Positions 36,376-45,450 of a stretch of DNA of 64,000 nt are shown in pieces. The notes beneath the pieces are model-generated. The model saw only the letters and a list, made by a program, of their open reading frames with translations, did no database searches and was not told where the DNA came from. The position numbers and the translations under genes are program-made. Source of the DNA: a bacterium HR11 (GTDB lineage: Bacteria > Acidobacteriota > HRBIN11); the NCBI GenBank assembly GCA_002898535.1, contig BEHN01000005.1:35439-99438 (forward strand). Direction: 5' to 3'. Position 1 is the first letter of the stretch, and each line of letters begins with the position of its first letter.

Positions 36376-36756
36376 TCATGGTTCAGCGGTCGGCTCGCCG
36401 AGAGCTCTCTCGCCCCCGGCGGGGGTGCCGACGGCGACAGGGGGTCGCTCATTCCACTCAGGATGCCAGACCGAGCGGAGGGTCAGTTGGGGTGCCCGGG
36501 CATAAGCCTCGTCATAGGGGAGCATGTAGATGGTCTCCCAGGGGCAGTACTTGGCGCACAGCGTGCACCCGATACATCGGTCCAGGTCGACCTCGACGAG
36601 CTGATAGTGCCCCGGGATGCCGCCCTCACCGGGAACGACGAGGATACAGTCGACGGGACAGAACTGAATGCAGGCCTCGCAACCCGTACATCCGTTCTGG
36701 TCCACGACCGCCAGTTGGATGGGCTTCTTCTTCCGCTGGATGACTCGATCCGCCAT
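36376..36756 (-). CDS. 4Fe-4S dicluster ferredoxin-domain protein
   Basis: CTGCEACIQFCP and CIGCTLCAKYCP motifs. ATG lies 10 nt after the tRNA-Thr CCA. Confidence 0.8.
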   Translation of the reverse strand: MADRVIQRKKKPIQLAVVDQNGCTGCEACIQFCPVDCILVVPGEGGIPGHYQLVEVDLDRCIGCTLCAKYCPWETIYMLPYDEAYARAPQLTLRSVWHPEWNERPPVAVGTPAGGERALGEPTAEP

Positions 36757-36766
36757 CGATGACTCC

Positions 36767-36842
36767 TGGAGCCGGCGGCCGGACTCGAACCGGCGACCTG
36801 CTGATTACGAATCAGCCGCTCTACCGGCTGAGCTACGCCGGC
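36767..36842 (-). tRNA. tRNA-Thr (anticodon CGU), CCA encoded
   Basis: Reverse complement: GCCGGCG TA GCTC AGCCGGTA GAGC G GCTGA TTCGTAA TCAGC AGGTC GCCGG TTCGAGT CCGGC CGCCGGC T CCA. Perfect cloverleaf. Confidence 0.9.
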
Positions 36843-36860
36843 TCGGCGATACCGCGTAGT

Positions 36861-36889
36861 ATTTTAGGCGCTCGCTTCGGTCCCCGCAA
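36861..36889 (-). promoter_or_regulatory. candidate promoter of tRNA-Thr/ferredoxin
   Basis: Minus strand: TTGCGG (36884-36889), 17-nt spacer, TAAAAT (36861-36866), 18 nt before the tRNA 5' end. Confidence 0.45.
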
Positions 36890-37001
36890 GCCACGCCATC
36901 GGGTCCCGGAAGGGAAACCACGGCCCCCGGCCCTGAGTCCAGAGGACCGCCGGGTCCCGTCGAGCGGTGGGGCCATCCCCCATGACCGTAGAGGGATGAG
37001 A

Positions 37002-37128
37002 CGCGACCCCGCTCTTGCGAGCAGGCCTGGGATAAAGGGCCTCGGGCGAGCGGGACCTGAGACCGGATTCCGCATTCCCGCCTTGCATCCTGCATCCTGC
37101 ATCCTGCATTCTGTATCCTACATCCTCC
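37002..37128 (+). repeat. E-type composite repeat (REP-like hairpin, spacer, CCTGCAT x ~6)
   Basis: CGCGACCCCGCTCTTGCGAGC... then CCTTGCATCCTGCATCCTGCATCCTGCATTCTGTATCC (37081-37128). Confidence 0.7.
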
Positions 37129-37141
37129 CTCGGGGGTCCTC

Positions 37142-37660
37142 ATGACCATCCGATGGCTGGTGCTGGACGTGGACGGCGTCCTGACGGACGGGCGTCTGTA
37201 CTACGGCGACGACGGGCAGGTCCTGCGCGCCTTCCACATCCGGGACGGGTCGGCCATCGTCCTGGCCCCTCAGGCGGGCCTCTCCATCGCCGTCGTCTCC
37301 GGCCGGGCCGACCCGGCCGTCCGTCGGCGCATGCAGGAGCTCGGCGTCCGGGAGGTCCATCTGGGCGTGACCCACAAAGAAGCCGTCCTGCGGGACATCG
37401 CGGCCCGCCACGGGGTCTCGCTCGCCGAGATGGCCTTCATGGGCGACGACGTGCAGGACTTGCCGGCCTTTGCGGTCGTCGGCTACCGGATGACCGTCCC
37501 GGACGCCCCGGCCGAAATTCGAGACCTCGCCGATTGGGTGGCGCCCGTCCCCGGCGGGCAGGGCGCCGTCCGAGCCGCCATCGAGCACCTGTTGGAACGC
37601 CGGGGCATCCGGCTGGCCGACGTAGCCCGACAGGCGCTTCAGATGGGGAGCGGCGAGTAG
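37142..37660 (+). CDS. kdsC: KDO-8-phosphate phosphatase (HAD family)
   Basis: LVLDVDGVLTDGRLYY, SGR and FMGDDVQDL HAD motifs. 172 aa. Confidence 0.85.
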   Translation: MTIRWLVLDVDGVLTDGRLYYGDDGQVLRAFHIRDGSAIVLAPQAGLSIAVVSGRADPAVRRRMQELGVREVHLGVTHKEAVLRDIAARHGVSLAEMAFMGDDVQDLPAFAVVGYRMTVPDAPAEIRDLADWVAPVPGGQGAVRAAIEHLLERRGIRLADVARQALQMGSGE

Positions 37661-37864
37661 CGAACGGCGAATGGCGAGTGGCGGGTGGCGAACGGCCAAG
37701 GGTCCATGGCCCGCATCTCACGGCTTCGCTTCGGCGAGCGGGGCGGGGATAAAGGGCATAGACCCCGGAACCCCTTAACCTGCATCTTGACCCCTGGGAC
37801 CTCGGACCCCAGGCCTGTCCTGCATCGACCTGTCCGATGGCCGAATCCCGGATTGCCGTACGGC

Positions 37865-38046
37865 CGCGACCCCGCTCTCACGAGCGGGGCTGGGATGAAA
37901 AGGCTCATCGGCCGACCGGCCTCCCTGCCGAACTCCCAAAGGCCGAAGGACGCCGGACCTCTCGCCCGGGCCCCGAGACTTAGTGCCCCATTCCCGGCTT
38001 GCATCCTGCATCTTGCATCGTGCATTCTTCTTGTATCCTGCTCCAC
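37865..38046 (+). repeat. E-type composite repeat (REP-like hairpin, spacer, CTTGCAT/CCTGCAT array)
   Basis: CGCGACCCCGCTCTCACGAGCGGGGCTGGGATGAA ... CATTCCCGGCTTGCATCCTGCATCTTGCATCGTGCATTC. Same orientation as 37002-37128. Confidence 0.7.
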
Positions 38047-38060
38047 CGGAGAATCCGCCG

Positions 38061-38567
38061 ATGATCGGTCCGACGGAGACGGGCGCTGAGACTTCGCCGT
38101 GGCCCGAAGCCTTCCGGCGGGGTCTGGAGCACTACTGGCGGGGTCGGTACTGGGATTCCCACGAGGCCTGGGAAGAGGTCTGGCGGGCCGCCGCGGAGCC
38201 CGTCCGGTCCTTCATGAAGGCCCTGATCCAGATCGACGCCGCCCTGATCCATGCGGGCCGCCAGGAATGGAACGGCGTCCGCCATCTGCTGGAGCGGGTC
38301 CTGCGGTATTTGGACCGTTGCCCCGACGTCGTGTGGGGCGTCCGGGTCCCGGAACTGAAAGACCAGGTCCGACGGTTTCTTCAGGAAGTGGCGGACGTGC
38401 AGAGCGGGCGGCGGTCCCGCTTTCGGTGGTCCGTCAAGCCCCGTATCCGGCCCTTGGGTCTGACGCCGCCTCGGAGAGAAGGCCTGCGGCGGGCGCCGAC
38501 GGACGGGCCCCCGTTACTCCGCCCTGGGGGAGCGCAGGGGACACAGGGCACAGGGCAGAAGGCATAG
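38061..38567 (+). CDS. DUF309 domain protein
   Basis: FRRGLEHYWRGRYWDSHEAWEEVWR...KALIQIDAALIHA is the DUF309 signature. ATG 38061. Confidence 0.7.
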   Translation: MIGPTETGAETSPWPEAFRRGLEHYWRGRYWDSHEAWEEVWRAAAEPVRSFMKALIQIDAALIHAGRQEWNGVRHLLERVLRYLDRCPDVVWGVRVPELKDQVRRFLQEVADVQSGRRSRFRWSVKPRIRPLGLTPPRREGLRRAPTDGPPLLRPGGAQGTQGTGQKA

Positions 38568-38611
38568 AGCAAAGCGGCGCCGCCTGCTGAATGGCCGGAC
38601 CGCCGGATCGA

Positions 38612-39340
38612 TCAGATCGGTGACCGCCAGGCGTTCGGGAGGGACGGGACCGGTCGTACATCGGGGACCGGCCCCGGACAGGGTGCCTCGGCCGCCTCGA
38701 CCCATTCGACGGACGGAAAGCCAAAGACGGCCTGAAAGCATTCTGCATACACTCGGGCCACGACCGGAAGCGGCGGGCACGCCGGTCCGACCAGACGGGC
38801 CAGGCTCGTCACGGGGTCCGGCAGGCCGCACGGGACGATCCAGTCAAAGGCCGCCAGGTCCGGATTCACGTTGAAGGCAAACCCATGATAGGTGACCCAG
38901 CGGGCGACCCGGATGCCGATGGCCGCAATCTTTGTCCCGCCGACCCAGACGCCCGTCTTTCCGGGCCACCGGCCGGCCGAGAGGCCGTACCGACCGCAGA
39001 GCTCGATCAGGCTATCTTCCAGGCGACGCAGGTAGCGATGCACGTCCCGACCGAATTCGTTCAGGTCCAGGACGGGATACCCGACCAACTGACCCGGTCC
39101 GTGGTACGTCACCTTTCCACCCCGGCCGACCTGCCATATCTCGACGCCCGCCTGAGCCAACCTCTCAGGGGACTGCCGGAAGAGGTCCCAGCCCCCGCCG
39201 GTCCCGACGGTCACGACGGGGTCGTGTTCTAACAGTAGGAGCGTCGCATGACGATGGACCCGCCCGGCGGCCCAGGCCTGCCAGGCGAGGCCTTCCCGGT
39301 AGCTCCGACGCCCGAGCCAAAACGCTTGGAGGACTTGCAT
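38612..39340 (-). CDS. lipB: lipoyl(octanoyl) transferase
   Basis: RGGKVTYHGPGQLVGYP and KIAAIGIRV motifs. Start MQVLQAFWLG at 39340. The upstream 54 codons are repeat read-through. Confidence 0.85.
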   Translation of the reverse strand: MQVLQAFWLGRRSYREGLAWQAWAAGRVHRHATLLLLEHDPVVTVGTGGGWDLFRQSPERLAQAGVEIWQVGRGGKVTYHGPGQLVGYPVLDLNEFGRDVHRYLRRLEDSLIELCGRYGLSAGRWPGKTGVWVGGTKIAAIGIRVARWVTYHGFAFNVNPDLAAFDWIVPCGLPDPVTSLARLVGPACPPLPVVARVYAECFQAVFGFPSVEWVEAAEAPCPGPVPDVRPVPSLPNAWRSPI

Positions 39341-39720
39341 GCGCCGTTCGGCCTTCGAGGTCGGGTAGGCGGACGGTCTGCACCGGGTCCCTGGCCGCCG
39401 GCCACTCGACCGACTCCCGGTACGCCTTAACAGAGCCGTTGCGTTCGTGAGAATCCAGATAGATTCGGCTTTTCCGACGACCCGGGAAGCACGGTTTTTC
39501 AAACAAAGCGACGGAGTGATGGAGTGACGAAGTAAAATTTGGACCGCTCGACCCAGCAGCCAGCTATTTTCTGAACTCCGTCACTTGCTTGAAAAACCGT
39601 CATTCTCGATGGGTCCAAAAAGCCGATCCAATCAGCGTCTTCACGGGTGCCACCGCCCTGTTAAGACTCGGCAGGCCATCCGCGACGCCGGGGACGACTT
39701 CCCGGCGCCCCAGGGAGACG

Positions 39721-40662
39721 CTACTGAGCCAGCCGAAGGCGCCACCGGACCTGCATGACTCGCCACCCGTCCGGCATCCGCACCAGCGCCTGCCCATCCC
39801 GGAGTCTCAGGACGGTGCCCGGAGTCGGCCACTCCCCGACCCGACGGCCCTGATCATCGTACAGGAGTAACCGCGACGGGGGCACGGGGAACACGCCCGG
39901 GACGCCTGCAAATTCTCTTTCGACGACAAGCCACCCTATCCCGGGCATGAAGTCGACGGCCCCGGCACCGTGGTCGGGAGAACTCAACAGGAAGCGACCC
40001 CGAGCCAAGACTTCACCCTCCGAACTGAAGACGGCCCACCGGTCCTTCGCGACCGCATAGATGCGGTCGCCCCGGACCCAGACGTGATACCAGTCCCGAG
40101 GGCCCAGGTGCATCCCACGCCCTGACGAAAGCCCGAATTCCTCGGCGGCCCCGGCACTCCACAGGCGGGTCGAGCCTCGAAAGGCATGGACCAGCTTGTC
40201 GGCCGTGTCGTCCTGCCGGAGACCCGGACCGATGACGTATATATGTCCCGCCTCGTCCACGTCAAAATCCAACACCGCTACGCCTACCTCCACGTCCGCC
40301 AGGCGCTCCCCTCGGGCGTCGCCCTGGAGGATGCGAAATCGACTCCCATCCCGGTAGCCCAAGTACCGACGGCCGTCCCGGCCCCACCGGAGGACCGGGG
40401 CTCCCCTCTCCAGAATCGGAGCCGGTCGGATGAAATCCGACACGGCCCCCGTCGTGAGGTCGAAGACCTGAGCGATCGGTCCCGAAGGCAGATACCGGAC
40501 GAGGGCCACTGCTTGGGGCGTGAAATCCATACCGGTAAAGGGTTCCCTCATCCAGGCCACGGCCGGCCCGCCAGCGACAGGGACCAGCTCGACCTCCTGA
40601 GCCGCCAGGGGGAACCCCGATAGGAATAGAGGTAGAAGAAGGGACCATAAGCGAGTCTGCAT
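39721..40662 (-). CDS. secreted hypothetical protein (beta-rich)
   Basis: MQTRLWSLLLPLFLSGFPLAAQ signal peptide and GGAGGTG RBS. No recognisable motif. Confidence 0.55.
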   Translation of the reverse strand: MQTRLWSLLLPLFLSGFPLAAQEVELVPVAGGPAVAWMREPFTGMDFTPQAVALVRYLPSGPIAQVFDLTTGAVSDFIRPAPILERGAPVLRWGRDGRRYLGYRDGSRFRILQGDARGERLADVEVGVAVLDFDVDEAGHIYVIGPGLRQDDTADKLVHAFRGSTRLWSAGAAEEFGLSSGRGMHLGPRDWYHVWVRGDRIYAVAKDRWAVFSSEGEVLARGRFLLSSPDHGAGAVDFMPGIGWLVVEREFAGVPGVFPVPPSRLLLYDDQGRRVGEWPTPGTVLRLRDGQALVRMPDGWRVMQVRWRLRLAQ

Positions 40663-40907
40663 CGTCACACCTCCTTCCCCTCCCTTGACCCCGTCTCCAC
40701 CCCGAGTCTCAACGCTTTTCAAGGCCATGGCGGGCAGGGCCCCCCATATGCTATCGCTTCGGGGATGCGGCAGACATATATCCGTCCATCAGGACCTATA
40801 CACTCATAGGGGTTAGGGAATGAAAGACAGCTGTCCAACCCCTCCCGCGTCAGCAGACAATAGCTCCCCCACACATAGAAGTTGCACGGAGGCGGACAGT
40901 AAAATAA

Positions 40908-41021
40908 CTACGGAGCTTCCTGATAGCATGAAAATAGGGGTGGCCCCACCAAGAAGAGGAAGCCCACCAAGACGCCTGCCAGCCATGGACCTCGAACACG
41001 TATCTCCTTTTCCCGTGCCAT
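40908..41021 (-). CDS. 37-aa small membrane peptide (hypothetical)
   Basis: Own translation: MAREKEIRVRGPWLAGVLVGFLFLVGPPLFSCYQEAP. GGAGGA RBS lies 4 nt upstream, and a near-consensus promoter sits 32 nt upstream of the ATG. Confidence 0.4.
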   Translation of the reverse strand: MAREKEIRVRGPWLAGVLVGFLFLVGPPLFSCYQEAP

Positions 41022-41052
41022 GTGTTCCTCCGGCATAAGCAGGTATGGTACT

Positions 41053-41080
41053 ATATTAGGCTTTGCAAAAAAAAAGTCAA
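41053..41080 (-). promoter_or_regulatory. near-consensus sigma70 promoter
   Basis: Minus strand: TTGACT (41075-41080), 16-nt spacer (T8 GCAAAGCC), TAATAT (41053-41058). Confidence 0.55.
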
Positions 41081-41364
41081 GTCCATAGAACTCATGTGAC
41101 TGTTTTAAAGTCGGCGGGTGAACGGGCCGGAAAAGCCCATCCCAGGTTCCTGGACTCCGACCGAGGGTTGGAGTCCAGGAAAAACTGCGCCAGTCCCGCC
41201 TACTCGACCGATTACCCACCAAAAGTGAAACAGTCACGAACCCATCTCAAAAACTTCTCCCTGGGGAAAAAGACCCAGATGGAAAAGGTCGACCCGACAC
41301 CCTTCTCCCGGGCGCAACCGCTCTGCTGTTCGTCGTCGCGGTGCAGACGGGGACGTCTGGGCTC

Positions 41365-42300
41365 CTATTTTCCGAATCGTTCGATCAGGGCCGCCGCCGC
41401 CGAGTACGGGTCCAGGGTCCCGGCGGCGACGGCCTGAATCCATTCTTGAACCCGGGGGTCCTGCAGACGGGCTTCGATGCCCTGCAGGACCAGGGTCCGC
41501 ACGGCCTCGGTCAATCGCAGGAAAGCGTACTGCCGGCGGCGCCGGTCCCACTCGCCCGACCGTTCCAGGAAGGCCCGGTGCTCCCGCAAAGCCTGGACCA
41601 ACTCGTCGAGACCCGCCCCCCGGGTCGCATCCGTCAGGACGATGGGCGGCCGCCAGGGCCGAGCCTCCGGGGCCAGGCTGAGGACACCCCGGAGCTCTTG
41701 CCGCATGCGCTCCGCATCGCCCCGGTCCTTCTTATTGATCACGAAGACGTGGGCGATCTCCATCAGGCCCGCCTTGAGGGCCTGGACCTCGTCGCCCAAG
41801 CCGGGCATCAGGACAAGCAGGACCGTATGGGCCACGCGGGCCACGTCCGTCTCGTCCTGCCCGACGCCGACCGTCTCGACCAGGATGACGTCCATCCCGT
41901 AAGCGTCCATCAGGTCGATGATGTCAAAGGTCGAACGGGAGAGGCCTCCCATCTGGCCGCGCGTGGCCACGCTCCGGATGAAGACCCCCGGGTCGCCCTC
42001 GTGGTCCTGCATGCGGATCCGGTCCCCCAGGATGGCCCCGCCCGTGAAAGGGCTCGTCGGGTCGACGGCGACGACCCCGACCGTCCGGCCCTCGGTCCGA
42101 AAGGCCCGAATCAAGTGATTGATGAGACTACTCTTGCCCACGCCGGCCGGTCCTGTCACGCCGATGACCCAGGCCCGACCGGTTCGGTGGTACACCCGCT
42201 TCAGGACTTCACGCCCAACCTCAGGGGCATCGTCCAGCCACCGAATGACCCGGGCCAGGGACCGCACGTCACCGAGTTCGACGACTTCTGAGGGCCGCAT
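41365..42300 (-). CDS. meaB: methylmalonyl-CoA mutase-associated G3E GTPase MeaB/ArgK
   Basis: GVTGPAGVGKSSLI P-loop, ...VETVGVGQ..., ...INKKD. Confidence 0.85.
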   Translation of the reverse strand: MRPSEVVELGDVRSLARVIRWLDDAPEVGREVLKRVYHRTGRAWVIGVTGPAGVGKSSLINHLIRAFRTEGRTVGVVAVDPTSPFTGGAILGDRIRMQDHEGDPGVFIRSVATRGQMGGLSRSTFDIIDLMDAYGMDVILVETVGVGQDETDVARVAHTVLLVLMPGLGDEVQALKAGLMEIAHVFVINKKDRGDAERMRQELRGVLSLAPEARPWRPPIVLTDATRGAGLDELVQALREHRAFLERSGEWDRRRRQYAFLRLTEAVRTLVLQGIEARLQDPRVQEWIQAVAAGTLDPYSAAAALIERFGK

Positions 42301-42585
42301 CCCATTGCCTCATGTCTGAATGTCTGGCGGTCGCCGCTATAAGACCACAGACCATGGACTGTAGGCCTACCCGGGCGAACGGGGTCACCTTGTCTTGAAA
42401 CAGGACCGGCCTCTTCCTCCTGCCGAGTAAGCCGGAAAGACGGGGACCTATCCTTCACCCCGCATAGGAGAGAGAAGAGGCAACGCGATATGTGGGCAGG
42501 TCCCTGGTCTGTGGTCTCAAGACGAGGCGACCCGGTTCGCTCAGGCAGGTCTATAGTCCGTGGTCTATGGTCTGTGGTCCCTGGT

Positions 42586-43344
42586 CTATGGTCCATGGTC
42601 TACAGTCTCCCTGGCCTCTGCCGTAAGCCGCAGAAAGACCTCTTCCAGGTCCCGGTCTTCGGCACCGGCCGCCCGACGCAGGTCGTCCATCGTGCCGACG
42701 GCGACGAGGCGGCCCTGGTGGAGGACGGCGACCGTGTCGCAGACTTCCTCGGCGATGCTCAACAAGTGGGTCGACAGGAAGACGGCATGGCCCCGGGCGG
42801 CCTTCTGACGGACCCAGGTCTTGACCATTCGGACGGCCAGGGGGTCGAGGCCGATGATGGGCTCGTCGATGATCCAGACGGGCGTGTCCCGCAGGTGGGC
42901 CATGGCAAACATCAGGCGCTGGCGCATGCCGTAGGAGTACTGTTCGATCAGCTCATCGGCCCACTCCCGGAGGCCGACGAGGTCGAGGGCCGCCTCGACG
43001 GCCTTCGGGTCCGGCGAGTTCCGGTCCTGGACGGCGCTGACAAAGCTGAGGAGTTCCCGGGCCGTCATCTTGGGATACAGGTACCCCTGGTCGGGGATGT
43101 ATGAGAAGAGCCGTCGGGCCTCCCGGGGATGACGGTGGACGTCCAGGCCGCCGATGAAGACCGAGCCCGTCGTCGGCCGCAGGAGGCCGGTCATGATGCG
43201 GATCGTCGTCGTCTTGCCGGCCCCGTTGGGGCCGAGGTATCCAAAGACGGTCCCGTAAGGCACGGTCAAGTCTAAGGGGTAGAGGGCCTGGAAGGGGCCG
43301 TAGCGCTTGGAGACCCCGTGGAGCTCAATGGCGTTCCCACTCAT
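42586..43344 (-). CDS. orphan ABC transporter ATP-binding protein (ABC-2/DrrA-like) with atypical signature motif
   Basis: GPNGAGKTT Walker A, IPDQ Q-loop, YSYGMRQR in place of LSGGxxQR, WIIDEP Walker B, LSTH H-loop. ATG 43344 overlaps the EI 3' end. The last 6 codons and the stop lie in a heptamer repeat. Confidence 0.8.
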   Translation of the reverse strand: MSGNAIELHGVSKRYGPFQALYPLDLTVPYGTVFGYLGPNGAGKTTTIRIMTGLLRPTTGSVFIGGLDVHRHPREARRLFSYIPDQGYLYPKMTARELLSFVSAVQDRNSPDPKAVEAALDLVGLREWADELIEQYSYGMRQRLMFAMAHLRDTPVWIIDEPIIGLDPLAVRMVKTWVRQKAARGHAVFLSTHLLSIAEEVCDTVAVLHQGRLVAVGTMDDLRRAAGAEDRDLEEVFLRLTAEARETVDHGP

Positions 43345-45169
43345 AGGTCTCACCGTCCGAGGCCGGGGCAGAGGCGGTCTCGGAGACTTCGGCCGCCGTG
43401 GCCCGGAGGAGGGGGTGGTAGATACCCTCGGGGAAGTGACGCTGAATCCACTCGAGGAGCATCTCCTCGACTTCCATGCCCATGCGCATCTCCAGGGCCC
43501 GCTCCAGGAGTTTCCGGACGTCGGCGTACCGGAGTTCTTGAATAAAGAAGCGAATGGCCGGGATCCACTGAGGCCCCATGCTGAGGGTCGGGCACCCCAT
43601 CCCGACCAGGAGAGGCACGGAGGGAATGTCCCAGGCCATCTCCCCGCAGATGGTGACGTCTAAGCCGACGGTGCGGGCCTGTTCGATGGCCTCGACCAGG
43701 GTCTTCAGAAAGGCCGGGTTGTACGGCTTGTAAAGATACCGCAGGCCCTCGTGGTCCCGGTCGACGGCCAGCATGAACTGGATGAGGTCGTTCGTCCCGA
43801 TGCTGATGAACTGCACGAGGTCCCCCAGATGGCGGACCAGACGGGCCATGGACGGAATCTCGACCATAATGCCCACGGGCGGGTCCGGCCGGAAGGTCGC
43901 CCCGGACCGCCGGAGCCGCTGGCGCACGTCCTCCAGCATGTCCAGAAACTCGACGACTTCCTCGACGGTCGCCACAAAGGGGACCAGGATGCGCAGGTCC
44001 CCGTGGGCCGCCGCCCGAAGCATGGCGGCCAGCTGGGCTTCCCAGATTTCCTGCTTTTTCAGGGCCAGGCGGACGGCCCGCAGGCCCAGCGCCGGGTTGG
44101 GTTCCCGGGGGTGGAAGTCCCGCCAGACGCCGGGGACTTTATCGGCGCCCAAGTCCGCCGTCCGGACGACGACGGGGCGGGGCTTCATCAGCTCGACGAG
44201 CCGGCGGTAGACTTCGTAGTGTTCTTCTTCCGTCGGCAGGCGGTTCGGCGTCTTCAGGTACAGGTACTCGGACCGAAACAGGCCGATGCCCTCGGCGCCA
44301 TACGTGATCGCTCGATGGCACTCTTCGACGAACTCGATGTTGGCCATCAGGGACACGGGATAGCCGTCCAGCGTGCGGGCCGGCCCCCGGCTGGCCTCGA
44401 CGAGGAGGCGGAGATGCTGTTTGAAGTAGCGGCGCTTGCCCTCGTACTCCCGGACCTGCAGGGGTGTCGGGGCCACGATGACGATCCCGTCGTAGCCGTC
44501 GACCAGGACCTCCTGGCCCGAGGTCACCTGGTCCAGGACGTTCTCGATAGACGCCACGGCGGGGATCCCCATCGACCGGGACAGGATGGCCACGTGGGAA
44601 GTCGGGCTGGCCTGCGTCAGGACGATGCCTCGGACCTGAAGCTGGCGGGTCAGCTCGATGACGTCCGAGGGGGCCAATTCGTCGGCGACCAAGACGGCGG
44701 CCTCGCCGGGCTCCAGGACCGGCTGATGGCGGGTTCCCATCAGATTGCTCTGGACGCGGCGGATGACGTCCCGGACGTCGCTCCAACGCTCTTGGAGGTA
44801 GGTGTCCGAGATGGCTTGAAACTTTTGATGGAGTTCCCGCAGGACGAGTTCGAGGGCCCACTCGGCGTTGATGTACTGGCTGGCGATGCGGTCCCGGACC
44901 GTACGGACGATGGCCGGGTCCTCCAAGAGGTGAAGCTGGGCGTCCAAGATGAGCGCATGGCCCTTGCCCAACATACGGGCCAAGTGGTCCCGAATCTCTT
45001 TCAACTGCTTCTTGGATTGAGCCAGGGCCTGCTGGAAACGGCGGATCTCTTCTTGAACGTCTTCCTGACTCAGTTTCAAGGGGACGGCCACGACTTGAGC
45101 GGCCAGCAGGACGGCCTTGCCCCGTCCCACGCCGGGTGAAATCGCCACGCCTCGAAGGATGCGGGTCAT
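43325..45169 (-). CDS. ptsI: phosphoenolpyruvate-protein phosphotransferase (PTS Enzyme I)
   Basis: ASPTSHVAILSRSMGIP phospho-His region and ...IGTNDLIQF... PEP-utiliser motif. Confidence 0.9.
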   Translation of the reverse strand: MTRILRGVAISPGVGRGKAVLLAAQVVAVPLKLSQEDVQEEIRRFQQALAQSKKQLKEIRDHLARMLGKGHALILDAQLHLLEDPAIVRTVRDRIASQYINAEWALELVLRELHQKFQAISDTYLQERWSDVRDVIRRVQSNLMGTRHQPVLEPGEAAVLVADELAPSDVIELTRQLQVRGIVLTQASPTSHVAILSRSMGIPAVASIENVLDQVTSGQEVLVDGYDGIVIVAPTPLQVREYEGKRRYFKQHLRLLVEASRGPARTLDGYPVSLMANIEFVEECHRAITYGAEGIGLFRSEYLYLKTPNRLPTEEEHYEVYRRLVELMKPRPVVVRTADLGADKVPGVWRDFHPREPNPALGLRAVRLALKKQEIWEAQLAAMLRAAAHGDLRILVPFVATVEEVVEFLDMLEDVRQRLRRSGATFRPDPPVGIMVEIPSMARLVRHLGDLVQFISIGTNDLIQFMLAVDRDHEGLRYLYKPYNPAFLKTLVEAIEQARTVGLDVTICGEMAWDIPSVPLLVGMGCPTLSMGPQWIPAIRFFIQELRYADVRKLLERALEMRMGMEVEEMLLEWIQRHFPEGIYHPLLRATAAEVSETASAPASDGETYEWERH

Positions 45170-45450
45170 CGTACCTGGCCCTCGTCGGTCTCCTCAAAGC
45201 CGGATTCAAACAGGCGTCGAATCGCTTCCACGGCCTGGTCCTCATCGGGGCCGGAGACCCGGACCCGGAGGCGGGTCCCCTGCGGGGCCGCCAGTAAGAG
45301 GACGCCCAAGATGCTCTTGGCGTCGCTCTGCATGTTGTCCCTCACCAAGATGATCTGAGACTGGAAGTGATTGGCCGTCTGGACCAGTCGGGCCGCCGCC
45401 CGTGCATGAAGCCCCCGTAGGTTGACGACTCGGACCTCGATTTCCTTCAT
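45166..45450 (-). CDS. ptsH: HPr-family phosphocarrier protein
   Basis: VVNLRGLHARAAARLV (His15-type) and SDAKSILGVL (Ser46-type). ATGA overlaps on both sides. Confidence 0.85.
   Translation of the reverse strand: MKEIEVRVVNLRGLHARAAARLVQTANHFQSQIILVRDNMQSDAKSILGVLLLAAPQGTRLRVRVSGPDEDQAVEAIRRLFESGFEETDEGQVR

Noticed and set aside
41063-41437. A 124-aa plus-strand ORF in the AT-richer island.
   Set aside because: It has low-complexity, Lys/Ser/Arg-rich sequence with atypical codon usage, overlaps the meaB 3' end and has no RBS. The short minus-strand peptide with promoter and RBS is the better-supported candidate.
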